Origin: Macrostomum lignano
Taxonomy: Eukaryota
DNA length: 64,000 nt
NCBI GenBank assembly: GCA_002269645.1
Contig: NIVC01000208.1
Span: 248,001-312,000, forward strand
Direction: 5' to 3'
Every line of letters starts with the position of its first letter. Positions within the stretch are counted from its first letter, which is position 1. Position numbers and translations under genes: made by a program. Below are positions 13,556-25,245 of this stretch, in pieces. Under the pieces are notes generated by a model. It searched no databases. It was not told where the DNA came from and worked only from the letters and a program-made list of their open reading frames with translations.

Positions 13556-15240
13556 AAGTGTTTAGGGAGCTTATGGGCTTGTAGCCTACAGGAAGATTTT
13601 ATCTTCTTCTTAATGCTTAATGCTTCTTAGAGCTTCTGACCTAGTGGCAAAAAAGACTAAATTAAAGTGGACAGAGGAAGCAAACCACACCTTCGATGCT
13701 ATGAAAAAATGGATAGCAGAGGATCTCAGACTAGCACACCCGGATTTTAACAACCAGTTTATAGTCTCAAGTGACGCCTCAACTAAGGGAATAGGAGCGA
13801 TGCTTTCGCAGAAAGATGAGATGGGAAGGGAGAGACCGATAGCGTTTACGAGTAGACAGCTTAGAGATGCAGAAACGAGATACGGAATTACTCACCTGGA
13901 ACTCTTAGCAGTTTACCATGCGTTCAGAACTTTTGAACAGTTCTTATACGCTGCTCCCATACCCACACTACTAAGAGTAGACCACGCCCCACTCAGAGGT
14001 TTACTTACAGGTAGAATACTGCAAAACAACCAAATCTTGAGATGGTTACTGTACTTACAGCAGTTCCAGATACAAATCGAATATGTACCTGGAGCTTCAG
14101 TCACACATGCAGTACCAGATGCACTCTCAAGATTATACGACGAGAAACCAACTGATCAAATCAATTACGTAACAATATCTCATCCGATTCCACACCTGCA
14201 AGCACTCAAGGACGCCCAGGCAGAAGATTCATTCTGTCAGCAAATCCGAGCACTTTGGAACGGTGAACCAGCAGTGGAATCACTGGCCCCGAAGTATAGG
14301 CGTCACATCGAGCGACACCTGGCAGACTATGCGGAGATTGCAGGAGTCCTGCACAGAACTGCAGATCAGACACAGCAGATCATCCTACCGTTCAAGTATC
14401 GTGAGACCATCTGTCACTAACTACACGCATTGCCATTAGCGGCACATTTGGGATTTGAGAAAATCTTAGAGAGAATCCGTAGACACTACTTCTGGATCAC
14501 CATGGTATCAGACATCAAGGGATTCTGCAACAGTTGCATAGAGTGCGCCAGGAATAAATCAGGAAAAATCCATAAGGGATTAATTCAGTTTTCGGAGATC
14601 CCAATGAAGCCAATGGACAAATTGTCGGTTGACATAGTGGGTCCTATGGTTCCCACCAAAGTGAGAAATGAGACTGTGACGCACATTCTCACGATTCTCT
14701 GCTGCTTCTCAAAATTCGCATTCGCGATCCCGATCCCAGACCTCACAGCCGAAACGACTGCTGAGACATTGTTTACAGTGTTTTGTACTTTTGGGATCCC
14801 AGTAGAGATGTCCACTGACAATGGGAAGAACTTCACTGCGACATTGTTAGCTGAAGCTCTAGAGATCCTGGGGATTAAACATACACTAGCTACGTCACTA
14901 CACAGCGGAGAACCCAGATCAGTGGCATAAATACCTGCAGGCCACGATGTTCGCCTACAACACGGCAAAGCAAGCATCATCGACCTACTCCCCATTCGAG
15001 TTAGTCTTTGCGAGTCCTTTCAGGTGCACACTGACAGGCTGAAGCCAATGGCCACGCCAACACCACACGTGATGCTTCCTGACCTCAGACCGAGCGACCC
15101 GCAGCGCCACCAGCGACAGCCAAGGCAGCGATTCACCAAGGAAGTGAGCGTGCAGGCGGAGGAGCTGGACGCGCAGGCCGCCACAGCCCGCAAGAAGTAC
15201 AATCTGAGGAGCAAAGTGAAACTTCCTTGACAATTGATGG
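13556..15240 (+). pseudogene. Gypsy pol fragment: RT end, RNase H, integrase
   Basis: SSDASTKGIGAML, YGITHLELLAV, LRVDHAPL, VPDALSR, HLGFEK..RHYFW..CNSCIEC, SVDIVGP, TDNGKNF and VHTDRLKP. In-frame TAA at 14418-14420 and a frameshift near 14908. Confidence 0.95.
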
Positions 15241-15409
15241 CAAGGAAGAGAGGAAGTAGACGGACAATTTTACATTTTAAACCAATATTTATTACGCTGT
15301 CGGTGTGCGCTCTGATAATTAGAATAGAATAGTTCACACTACTCATACGTAGCCTCTATAAACATATTTAATCACTCACAAATAGTTAACCCACCCTTCG
15401 GACAATCAG

Positions 15410-16171
15410 ATGTACTCGACGGAGCTAGACACAGTGGATGACCGTACCATTGACGAGCCGATTAACGCCTATACCCTAGTCAAGCCACTGTTTGCATCGG
15501 CAGAACCAAGCAGGGCAGCCGGAAAGGAGACGAACCTCAGGAACAGCGCTGCTACTGAACAGCAACGGCGACATCTCCAAGCCCAATGGGAGATCAGAAG
15601 ATCGAGAAACGGACTGCCGCAATGCCCAGCAACACTGAGGGAGAGCTACAAACGGGGAGAAAAAGACCTTCCATTCAATGAGTTCTACAACCTTATGGAC
15701 AAACAGCCCATCCAAAGCAAGCCCAATCGGCATGGTGAGATGAAACTATTCAATATTCACCTGGACATGCTGGATGCGCCACGAATTCCAGCTAATGTAG
15801 TGACGCACTTGACAACGAAGCGCATCCTGGCTGACGACAATAACCCAATATGGCTCCTCTCAGACTACAACATTCTACGTAACCGCACAACAATCTTCTT
15901 TCACTATGGGGAACAAGACGCGTTCACCTGCGTCATAATCAAGGTTCTTTGCCGTACTCTAGCCGTCAATCTGATTCACCCTTGGGGCCCGCAACCCAAT
16001 GCGATATACACCACGTTATTTAATTACTTGTCCCACGTGCTGGCCTATCATGGAATACAGAGTAGTCGCCACGAAATGACAAAACTAGTAGTCCGAACGT
16101 ATTCACCGGCGCTGCTCCAGTGGCCACAACTAAAGACGGCACTGGAAGCCTCGCTAGCGCCTACTCTTTAG
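15410..16171 (+). CDS. Gypsy accessory ORF, 253 aa, with a candidate divergent macrodomain (TARG1/OARD1-like) in its C-terminal ~140 aa
   Basis: Open ATG-TAG ORF directly after integrase. By-eye match: KLFNIHLDMLDAP ~ ITYVKGDLFACP; CVIIKVLCRTLAVNLI ~ VAVLKRDGRYIYYLI; IYTTLFNYL...LQWPQLKTALE ~ PTYENLQKSL...LQWENVSAMIE. Not confirmed by HMM search. Confidence 0.6.
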   Translation: MYSTELDTVDDRTIDEPINAYTLVKPLFASAEPSRAAGKETNLRNSAATEQQRRHLQAQWEIRRSRNGLPQCPATLRESYKRGEKDLPFNEFYNLMDKQPIQSKPNRHGEMKLFNIHLDMLDAPRIPANVVTHLTTKRILADDNNPIWLLSDYNILRNRTTIFFHYGEQDAFTCVIIKVLCRTLAVNLIHPWGPQPNAIYTTLFNYLSHVLAYHGIQSSRHEMTKLVVRTYSPALLQWPQLKTALEASLAPTL

Positions 16172-16618
16172 TAGGGATTTCGGGACGCGAAAGTGTAAGG
16201 GCATAAGGAGAAACGAGAGCAGAGACACTGACACAATGGTAGGACAGATGGGTCGTCACGACCGGAAGTCTTATCCTTGTGGCACTCTCACTCGAGGTGC
16301 AATCCTAAGGCAAGAACCAGTCTCACGGAAAGAACTTTGGGAAGCGTCTCGCTACCTGAAATTCTGACGGTGAACTAGGGGAAGCCAGCCCCGTCAATCA
16401 AAGCAAACCCAAACTTAGAATAACCAAGTACAAAGGCAAGGCACTACCAAATTCCATGATCCAGCACTCATTGTTTTATTGTACAAAAATAGTAACCAGC
16501 ACCATTACTCACTCCTACACGTTAAGCACTGCACAACAGTCAATAGCAAAAAATCCAACAAGGGGGATAAGGATAGACAAGAAAAAGCACACGATTATGA
16601 AGTAGCATAGGAAAATTG

Positions 16619-16876
16619 TCAAATTGTCACGACGGTGGACTCGGCTAGGGGGCTCCGACGTCGCCGGCAGCAGACGAACAGCAGAACGAGGCCGAGGATC
16701 ACGAAGACCAGGCCTCCGGCCCCCAGACCGCCAGAGAGTCCACGAACGGTCAGGAGGCCGCTTTCAAGGGACGTCGTCCGAGCTATTTCCACGGCTAGGT
16801 GGGCCTCTAGGCGGCTGACTCGGGCCTCCAGATGAGACAGGAGCTCAATGAGCTGGGCAACCTCATAGCGAGACAT
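16619..16876 (-). CDS. Antisense 85-aa single-pass membrane protein (coiled coil, Gly-rich linker, TM, CC, RRRR) inside the Gypsy element
   Basis: ATG start; 3-4 hydrophobic periodicity over residues 6-41; GGLGAGGLVFVILGLVLLFV followed by CCRRRR; minus-strand AATAAA at 16475-16480. Confidence 0.62.
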   Translation of the reverse strand: MSRYEVAQLIELLSHLEARVSRLEAHLAVEIARTTSLESGLLTVRGLSGGLGAGGLVFVILGLVLLFVCCRRRRSPLAESTVVTI

Positions 16877-17533
16877 GAATTGAAATATGCGAGTGACAAG
16901 AATGAAGCTAGCGATTCGTAATAACGAAGACTAAAAGCTGAAGATAGTCGCTTTAGAAGGAGCAGGGAACCCCAGTGAGGAATTGATATAACACCGCCTC
17001 AGAAGGACGAAGAGAAAGCGAAAATTACAGCCAACCCCTCCGCCGCGGGGAGCGGACCTAAATGTACACTGCGAGAGGGACAGTAAAACCACCCGTGTCG
17101 CCCCAAACCCTCCACGAGACTAAAAATGCAACAAAAGGCCCCACAGAAGTCACAAGTCGAGATTATGTTAGTTCAACCACGGCCCCAACAGAAATAAGAT
17201 ACTGGCGACAGCGGATAACAAACAAACCACACTCGAGAATCGAGATTGATACAAGCAGGGGAAACAGCTAAAATCAGAATACACACAATATTATAACCAA
17301 TTGCTATAATGATATAACTAGAGTGAGGCGCTGGAACAAGAATCAAAACTCGTGCATACTCACTACATAGTTATCCATATATTTATAAAAATGTTTGATT
17401 ACCCATTTACCCTAATTTCAGATCTCAAACGTCTTATATGCTCACAGACCTACTGGTAGTAGGTTGATTAGCAACTCGAGAATAATTTAGGAAGACAATA
17501 GGCCGCATCAACTTGACCAGTCACAGAATTTTC

Positions 17534-18390
17534 AAAAGGGGGATGATATAAGACTTAGAAATCTGAAACGAATTCAAGAGAGCTCTAGGATAAAATCAGG
17601 CAGAAAATAGCAACAGTAGAGAGGGCAAGCAACTGAAAGCAGAGAGGTTAGATGAGGACACGCCCGGAGCTCACCCTTTCATTACAGCGCGAACGCGGCC
17701 CGGACCGACAGCAAAACTGGAACTGGTTGGAACCGGCCCGCGGGGGAGACTGATGAGGAGTTGACCTGGACCCCGCCTGGAGACGAAAGCCGGAGAAGGC
17801 CGGGACCGCACAAGAAGACTGGATCGATGAAGGGGAAAGGGATAACGAACAGTAGGAAAGAGATCTCGGTAAAAGCGCAAACACTTCCTAACTTAGCAAA
17901 TGCGTTTCAGGGCTGCCCCCCCGCTACCATAGAAAAGGGGTTGGTGTGCCTACCAACCAACTAGCTCAAGGCTTATGAGTTATGACTGTGCTAGAGTTGA
18001 GGCTGTGACCTCGTTCAGGACAAATCCTCTTGCTTGCCGTTGCTAAGTTTTTCATCCCCTCGGTTTCGAGAATATTATATAAGTCGGAGCGGAGCGCGGA
18101 AAAACGCACCCGCGGTTTTGCTAGAGAGTTAGCTTGGAGCTCCGTTAGGTTAACCTACCAGATAAACATACTGTGTTCGAGTTCTTTCTTGGTCTGATAT
18201 CCGATCACCGTGGTGAGGATCGAGGAGGGAATTATAGCCGCCAGCCGGGAAACTGAGTATCGATAGTCGTCAGTAGTTATAGCCTTCAAGTCAACGGACT
18301 GCCACAAAACCGCTAGACTACCTATAGGAAAACATAAAGCTGAAGACACATAGAGAAGCCAGATACGAACGACACGTGAAGAGCTATACA
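17534..18390 (+). mobile_element. Polypurine tract plus 3' LTR (~847 bp, 17544-18390)
   Basis: AAAAGGGGGA then TGATATA at 17544; TATATAA near 18076; ends TATACA at 18390. The right boundary is inferred because no second LTR is available for comparison. Confidence 0.72.
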
Positions 18391-21300
18391 GAAGTTGCGC
18401 TCGGCGGCAGTGGTACGTAATTTAATGCGATGCTCGATTGTCGACATTGAATCTGCTGCAGCTGGCTGCCACTACGAGACATTTGTCTGTCTGCTTTCCT
18501 CGTGTGGAGCAAACATAGGCAACATTTGTCACGGATCGTAAGTTTATAGACAGAGATATGTATTTACAATCAGAAAAAATCTGCATTCTTCTCCCCACAT
18601 TCAATTCGCAACGCAAAGCGTTGAAACCAGATCCCTTTTTAACTTTTAGATGTGATGTAAATTGTAAGTTTTTATTGTTTTACATACCCGTAAATGACGC
18701 ACTTTTTGAACAAGCATTAACAAAAAAGCATGAACGTCCCCCGATTTCACATCATCCAGGGACTTTGGGCGGGAGCTTTGGCATGTGTTCGAAGCTTGCC
18801 TCGATGAAAGCACGGTGAGCTTTCTGCGCCGTCCACTGCCGTCGACTGGTCGACCGCCTTGCTTCAGCGTCACGTGCGACAAGAGCATGCCAGGTAAACT
18901 GTTTAACTAGACCTCTCTGGACGCTTTAGGATAGTTTTGTCAAGAAGATGGGATGTTATTTTGTTGTACCTGGGTGGGTAGTGTGGAACACACTAACGGC
19001 ATAAAACAACCAAATCTTTCTACTATAATTGTAAATTATACTAATTATAATTATGAGCTTTACTCATAATTAATAAAGCACCAACGACTCGATTGCCTAG
19101 AGGCTGCTTAGCAGACTAAATCACATTAATCTTGACAAGCAGTTTATTTCAGAGAGCAATTTTCATTTCATTTACAGGCCGGATCACCAATCAGGCTGTT
19201 TTACTTCTGGCCCGCTGTGACACAGGTGCAGCTGTCGCTATCCCTGGCGGAGCTCCGGCCGTTTATGAAGACGACATGGATGCAACAGGTGCCTCTTTGG
19301 CTAACCGCCTGTTTGCAGGCATTGCTAGGTTCGACCCTCCGCTAGGACAGTTGGTTGGTGTCGTTGCTGATGGTCAATACCAGACTGCTCCCTTCAAAAC
19401 AGCGGTGCGCAACAAGCTTAAAGTTGCTCAAGTTGGGGGCACTGTTCCGGTCAATTGGGACGCCAGCCACTTTATTAACTTGGCTGTCAACGAGGTGTGG
19501 GATGGACCAGATGGCAAACCCCTACGCATTTTCATTCGCCGAGCGAATCAATTTGCACAACATTTTGGTCATGGACGGGGATTTGCTGTTCTGGAGGTAA
19601 AAAATACCAGAAATCTGGGTAAAGGGTTATACATTTAATTTGCATTTATACTTTAACTCTGCGCACTCTCACACCCAGGCCACCTCAGAGTCGTCTGCGC
19701 GGGTTGTGCCAACCTTCGCCACGCAACGATTCCTGAGTTTTGCGATGAAACAGTGGGATGCCATTGTGGAGTCCTATGGTAATCTTCGCGCGGCGTTCAT
19801 CCAGGAGTATAGCTCCAATGAGAACGAAACTCTGCAGTATGAGATGTTCAGAAGCGACTTTGTTGCTGAAATTCTCTGCCTGCTAGATCTGCTCGGCCCG
19901 GTGCGCGCGCTGATGATTCTAGTGCAAAACACTCAGCTGCTGCACTGGAAAGTTGCAACTCTGTGGGAAGACATTGCCGAGTATCTGCGAGTCCGCGGAG
20001 AGGCTTTTCGCAGGGAGGGCTATCCCCAGTATGACTGCTATGCAGACGACATCCATCCTGGTGGAAAGTTTACGGGCGCAGAGCTGCTTAAAGGCTGGCT
20101 CGTAGAGACACAGCAGGCTGATAGAGTGGCCAGCGGCAGCCGATGCAAGCCACCACGTATCCAATGGACATACCGCGAGCAGGCAGTAAGTATTATGTGC
20201 ACTTGCTGTTTGTTTATTGGTTGTATGTATCCGAATTGCAAAAATCCTAATTCCATTTGAGCCTATCCAATTTCATAACAAGCTTATTTCATTCACAAAG
20301 TAAAAAAATTAACCCATGCAACCGCTACTGATACTGTCGCAGCCTGAATTATTAGTATTTTCCCCATGAATGCAGGATATTGAGGAAGATATCTGACATC
20401 TCGCTGCCGCCCTGCACCAAGCTTTTGTTGCCAAGATGCAGCGCTGCATGGATGACAGTCTTAAGGACTGCATCGTTTGACGTTGCGAACGTTATCACCA
20501 TACTGGCTTCCCCGGACAGCAAGGTGGCACTTGAGAAAGCAGCCTCACAGCCATGTTGTACGCGGCTTGTCGAACAAGCATCCGGCTTCGCACACCTGTC
20601 AGACCTGAACCCCAAACTCTCACGAAAGTACATTTTGGCATACATGGATGCGATCAAGCATGTAAGACAAGTACATTTTGTATCATATTTCTTAGAAGGG
20701 GATTAGTAGAAGAAAAAATTTCTTTGTTCATGTCAATCATTTATATGGCTACCAAATGTGAGGTTTACTCCCTTATATGTACAAATGCATGATAATTAAT
20801 GACACAAGAAAAACTTGGTTCACATTAACAACTAAGAAAAATATTGCTTTTATAACCAATTTTCAGGTGTCGCTTATAGGCGACGGTCGTGAAGGCTGGC
20901 TTAGCCCGACAATCGAAGGAAAAATTGTTCAGCTGCGTGCTTCGCCCTTTAGCCTTTCTGACCTCCGTCTGCGGTTATGCGGTACGACGCACACTGGTAT
21001 CAACTTTACCACCATGCTCGACGAAGCCGCCGTGTACCGATTGTTTTATTCAAACTCGCGAGTCTACAAACTTGCAGGAAAGCAAGCTTGCTCGCTTCTT
21101 GACTTTGCTCTGCATTGCGGAGGCACCGGTAGGCCATATGTTCGCCATATATGTTGACTGAATTGGCAATGCATGTAAACATAATATATCAATGTATAAA
21201 CAAACTGAAATCCTCTCTCCCTTTTTCTCTCAGAGTCTATAGTCGAGAGTTTTTACTTCACTATGCGTGCGCAGCAATGCTATGGCGGCCAGTCTAACAA

Positions 21301-21553
21301 CACGCTGCAGCAGCAAGCAAAGCTTCGCTGGATGCTGCCACCCATAGGCAGCCTCGCCTGCGAGCACTTTCTAGACACCGCTGCAAAGAAATACTTTGCT
21401 GGTGACACCAGCAGAAGCATCCACTGTCACCGGGTGCCTTTCTTTGTAGCGGGCTTGTGCGCCAACAATTATAGTGTCAGCAAAGTTGTGGACAAGCGGA
21501 AGACGGCAACTTCTCGCTGTCCATTTGTTGGCGCGGTTATAGAATGCAATTAA
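18391..21553 (+). pseudogene. Multi-exon hAT-superfamily transposase with lesions
   Basis: Exon peptides GANIGNICHG, TGRPPCFSVTCDKS, GVVADGQY, WDASHFINLAV, PTFATQRF and GGT/ESIVESFYFTM..GGQS give the hAT D, D, xxH, TR and E pattern. GT-AG introns. Premature TGA (~20392) and a frameshift in the ~20376-20660 exon. Confidence 0.82.
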
Positions 21554-21605
21554 CGACTTAACTTGTCTTAATTTTTGCGATGTAAAAGTGACGTTGTTTA
21601 GAATG

Positions 21606-21796
21606 AAACTGCAAAAAAAGGACCTTTATTGTCATAAGCACAAACTGCAAAAAATGTCCTTTATTGTCGCAAGCGCAAACTGCAAAAAATGTCCTTTATT
21701 TTTGCAAGCACAAACTGCAAAAAATGTCCTTTATTGTCGCAAGCGCAAACTGCAAAAAAGGTCCTTTATTGTCGCAACTGCAAAAAAGGTGGCCTA
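21606..21796. repeat. 35-bp tandem repeat (~5.5 copies), probably subterminal repeats of the hAT element
   Basis: AAACTGCAAAAAATGTCCTTTATTGTCGCAAGCGC starting at 21606, 21642, 21677, 21712 and 21747, ~50 bp after the transposase stop; ends in GGTGGCCTA. Confidence 0.85.
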
Positions 21797-24077
21797 CCAT
21801 TGGCGTACCATATAACGAAAGAGGCTTTTTTTCCAGCGTACCATGCTGCACCATCTGAATTATGGACATTGACGTGATGCAAATGTTTGTCTGGGTTAGA
21901 ACCCCTACTGTCATATTTCATTGAAATAATTTTTATTGAATTCTCATTGATACCATAATCAATTAATAAACTGAGGTTACATTACCATAGGCAAAGAATA
22001 TAGCTTTTTGGTGATTTTTTTTGCTTTTTTATCATTTTGGGCATCTACAAATTGTCTGGTAAAATTAAAAAACCCGGAAAATTGGAAGTATTTTATCAAC
22101 ATAAACTTGAGGAAGGCTAAATTATAGAACATTACTTCTATATAATTTTTTTAGATTAAATCATACAGTTCTATAAATAATATTATTTTTAAATAGTAAA
22201 GGTGCTTTTTGTTTAAAATTCATTTTATAAAATGTTATCAACAACATAATTACTTAAATTATAAATTGTTTTTCATATATTGATTAATTTGAGATAATGA
22301 GATATAGCCATAGGATACTTACTATAGTCTATATAAAACTAATCTACACTATTATTATTAGGTCTAATTTCATTTTTAGTATTATGCATTAAGCTAGGCC
22401 TAGGCTATACTACTACTAAATAAGGCCAAATACACTAATAGGCTAGGCCTAGAAGTAGAAGTAGGCCTACTCATTATAACTAACTAAATTTAAGTCACAT
22501 TGAAAATAATGCAATGTAACATTTTTAAAAAAGAACAAAAACAGAACTTACTTGAGATTGAGACAAAGTAGGCCATTGATTGCTCCTGGGTCCTGGTTAG
22601 TCTGGTCTGGCTTGGTGTTTTCCTGACTTTCCCGCTTAAAAAATTGAAGCCGATTCCTGGTTAAATTCCAAGTTAAACTGTGAATATTCAAGGTTTATCT
22701 AGGAATGAGAGTTAAGATCGCTTCCAAGTTAAACTGGCGTTTAAATTCATTGCACTTTAACAAAGCACGATCAAAAAAGTTGAAAAAATGGCTGTTAAAC
22801 TTAGCTAACTGTAAATTAATTTCAAAGTTTGAAGTTAAAATATTAGGCTGAACTTCTGTACACACATAAATGAAACGCAGCATAAAAAAAGTAATAGATT
22901 TGAATGTTATCGCGCGCTGCTCAGTCTGATAATTTTTATTTTACATGCGCGAGCATTCACTTGTACATAAATGAACTATCGAATTATCACGCGAAATCTT
23001 TTGGGACATAACTTTCAGACCATAATCTATAAGATTTTACTACAGCCGCATCTGGGGCATGAGTTTAAAATTTTGATGCGGCTGAGACGCGGCTAGCAAC
23101 ATGGAAGTGCGCATTCTCAGTTTTTGCCTCAATCTCGAAATTAGCTTTCTTTTGTTCATTTCTACTATTTAAAGGGTATTAATAACCAAAATAATTAAGG
23201 ATCTAAGCGATAGGTGTGCAACTATACTACTAATTACTGTTTAGTCCTTGGCTTGTGTGTCCTGCTATTTATAAAGAATAGATATTTTATATAATATATC
23301 TTTTAAATTCTGTCTTGAAACTTTCATAGTAAAAGACACATTTAACACGAATTATGTTTGATAGTTATCTTAATATATATATTAGCAAAATTTTAATTGC
23401 ATTGTTATAATAAAAAATAATAGTTAGAAAAATCTATAAAGAAGCATTACTTTTTGTTCCTCTATCCTCAATTTTAGCAGCCAAAACATGTAGTTTTTAA
23501 ATGTAAGAACTATCTCAGCTTTTAGGTAGCTTCATTTTAAAGAGATATTTTTGTAAATATTTGAAATAAACAACTAAAATGGTTTACAGTTTTATAGTCA
23601 CTCAAAATCCATCTAAAATCTAGGCATCTAGAATTCAGTATTAAATCATTATAAATCAATAAATAACTTTAAATCATTAAATCACAAAAATAACCTGTTT
23701 GCATGCACTTGCATTTGCACTTTGAGCTCCCATCATTTGATTTTTATCATCAGTAGTATTTTGTCATTGTTATTTTTCATAAATATTTTAAATTGTGATT
23801 AGTGACTTCTAGCTTTATCATGTCAGATAAAAAGCAATGTATAAGCTGTTGGGCATGTAGAAGCTGTCAAAAGCGAGCATAATTTTCTTGAATAATATAG
23901 GTATATTTGTCTGGAATAAGTAGAAAGTTTCAAAAGTACTAACTGTAAAGTTGTAAAACTGCCAAAGTTGGTAGAAGAAACACAAAAGTTAATAAAAAAT
24001 TTGCTTCACAAAAATAGTTCAGTACCATCGAAAAATATGACTAATTTTATTTTCACTGTCCTTGCAGTTATTTCAGG

Positions 24078-25245
24078 TTGCACATTGAGCATCAATTAAA
24101 CAAATGGTTTGTAGTTCGCTTTGCTCAGAATGCGATGCAAGCCGTCAATGAACAGGACGTGCGCCATTACTGCAGCGAGCAAAGAAGAGGCTCCTCTACG
24201 TCTATGCTACGGGAGGAAAGTACATGTAGACGGACGCTCCTCGAGCAGTTTACAACCCGGGACTCTGATGGTCCCTGCTTTGCCTACCTTTGCGCTGATC
24301 AGGAACTGCCTCCCAATCATGGGAATAGAGACGGTGAGAATGATATGCTGGACAGCGCCTGGCACTTATTTGTTACAGTAGGCGGCTAGCTTGCAAAACT
24401 ATAGATTAGAAAATGTGGTATTAGCTGTACAGTATTTGTGTTATGTTTTGTTTTATGAACTTCCCTAACTTTTTAGGGGCGCCGACAATCGGCAACCGTG
24501 CGACTGGAGCAGATGAACAAAAAGCTCGATAAGTTGATCGAATTGTGCAGCGCCCAGAGTCACGGTGGTAGGACGGTTGGACAGGCTACACAAGAAAACA
24601 CGCCTGAGGCTGAACCACAGGACAGGTTGATGGAGGAGCAAAATGGCATCGCGACTGGACAGGACGGCGATGAGGCGGCATGTACATGTAATCTGGATGA
24701 TGAGCTCCCGGCCGTAACAATAAACAAACGGCGACTCGACATCGCCATTCAGGCTAATGCTGCTGCGCTCGATGCTACGGCAGCCACCAAGCTTTGTTAC
24801 TAAGGAGCTGCTAATCGAACTAATAGGTATGGAGGCTTTTCAAACTTAAAATTAACAATGTCTGTCACTTGCTTGCAAATATAAAGAAACTATTATCATA
24901 ATTTGAAGTTTGAGGTTTTGCAATTTTATAATAATAAAAGCGCACTAAAGGTTCGCCATTTATAAAAGTTAAACTTCAACGGCACATTTATATTTGCTGT
25001 TTATTATCATATTTCAGGTCGTGATGCTCTTACATGCGACTCCGGCTCCTATTTGCAAGGACTACTTAAGTAGAAGGACGGAAGACTCAGAATTGGTGAA
25101 AATTTCATTGGAGGCCGATTTTTCAATGTATCTCCTGTGTACGCTATTGATCGACAATCCTCCGCCAGTACTGAGGCCCAGCTTGAAATGGCGAAGACTC
25201 TAGCTGTCCGCGGCGACTTACTCGACGAACTGCTCGCCCCCTAGA
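24078..25245 (+). pseudogene. Degenerate spliced ORF of unknown family
   Basis: Three GC-richer blocks in AT-rich DNA bounded by plausible AG/GT sites; coiled-coil peptide RLEQMNKKLDKLIELC; stops and frameshifts present. Confidence 0.35.

Larger units (their letters stand above)
13556..18390 (+). mobile_element. 5'-deleted Ty3/Gypsy LTR retrotransposon (pol 3' half, 2.3 kb accessory region, PPT, 3' LTR)
   Basis: Gypsy domain order RNase H then integrase; PPT followed by TG; the sequence after the proposed LTR end at 18390 reads directly into hAT coding frame. No gag, RT core or 5' LTR seen. Confidence 0.88.

Noticed and set aside
13400-13620. 5' LTR, PBS or TSD of the Gypsy element
   Set aside because: No copy of the 17544-18390 sequence upstream; pol starts abruptly, which is best explained by deletion.
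23040-23100. Small hairpin CAGCCGCATC...GATGCGGCTG as an RNA gene
   Set aside because: A 10-bp stem only, with no recognisable ncRNA features.
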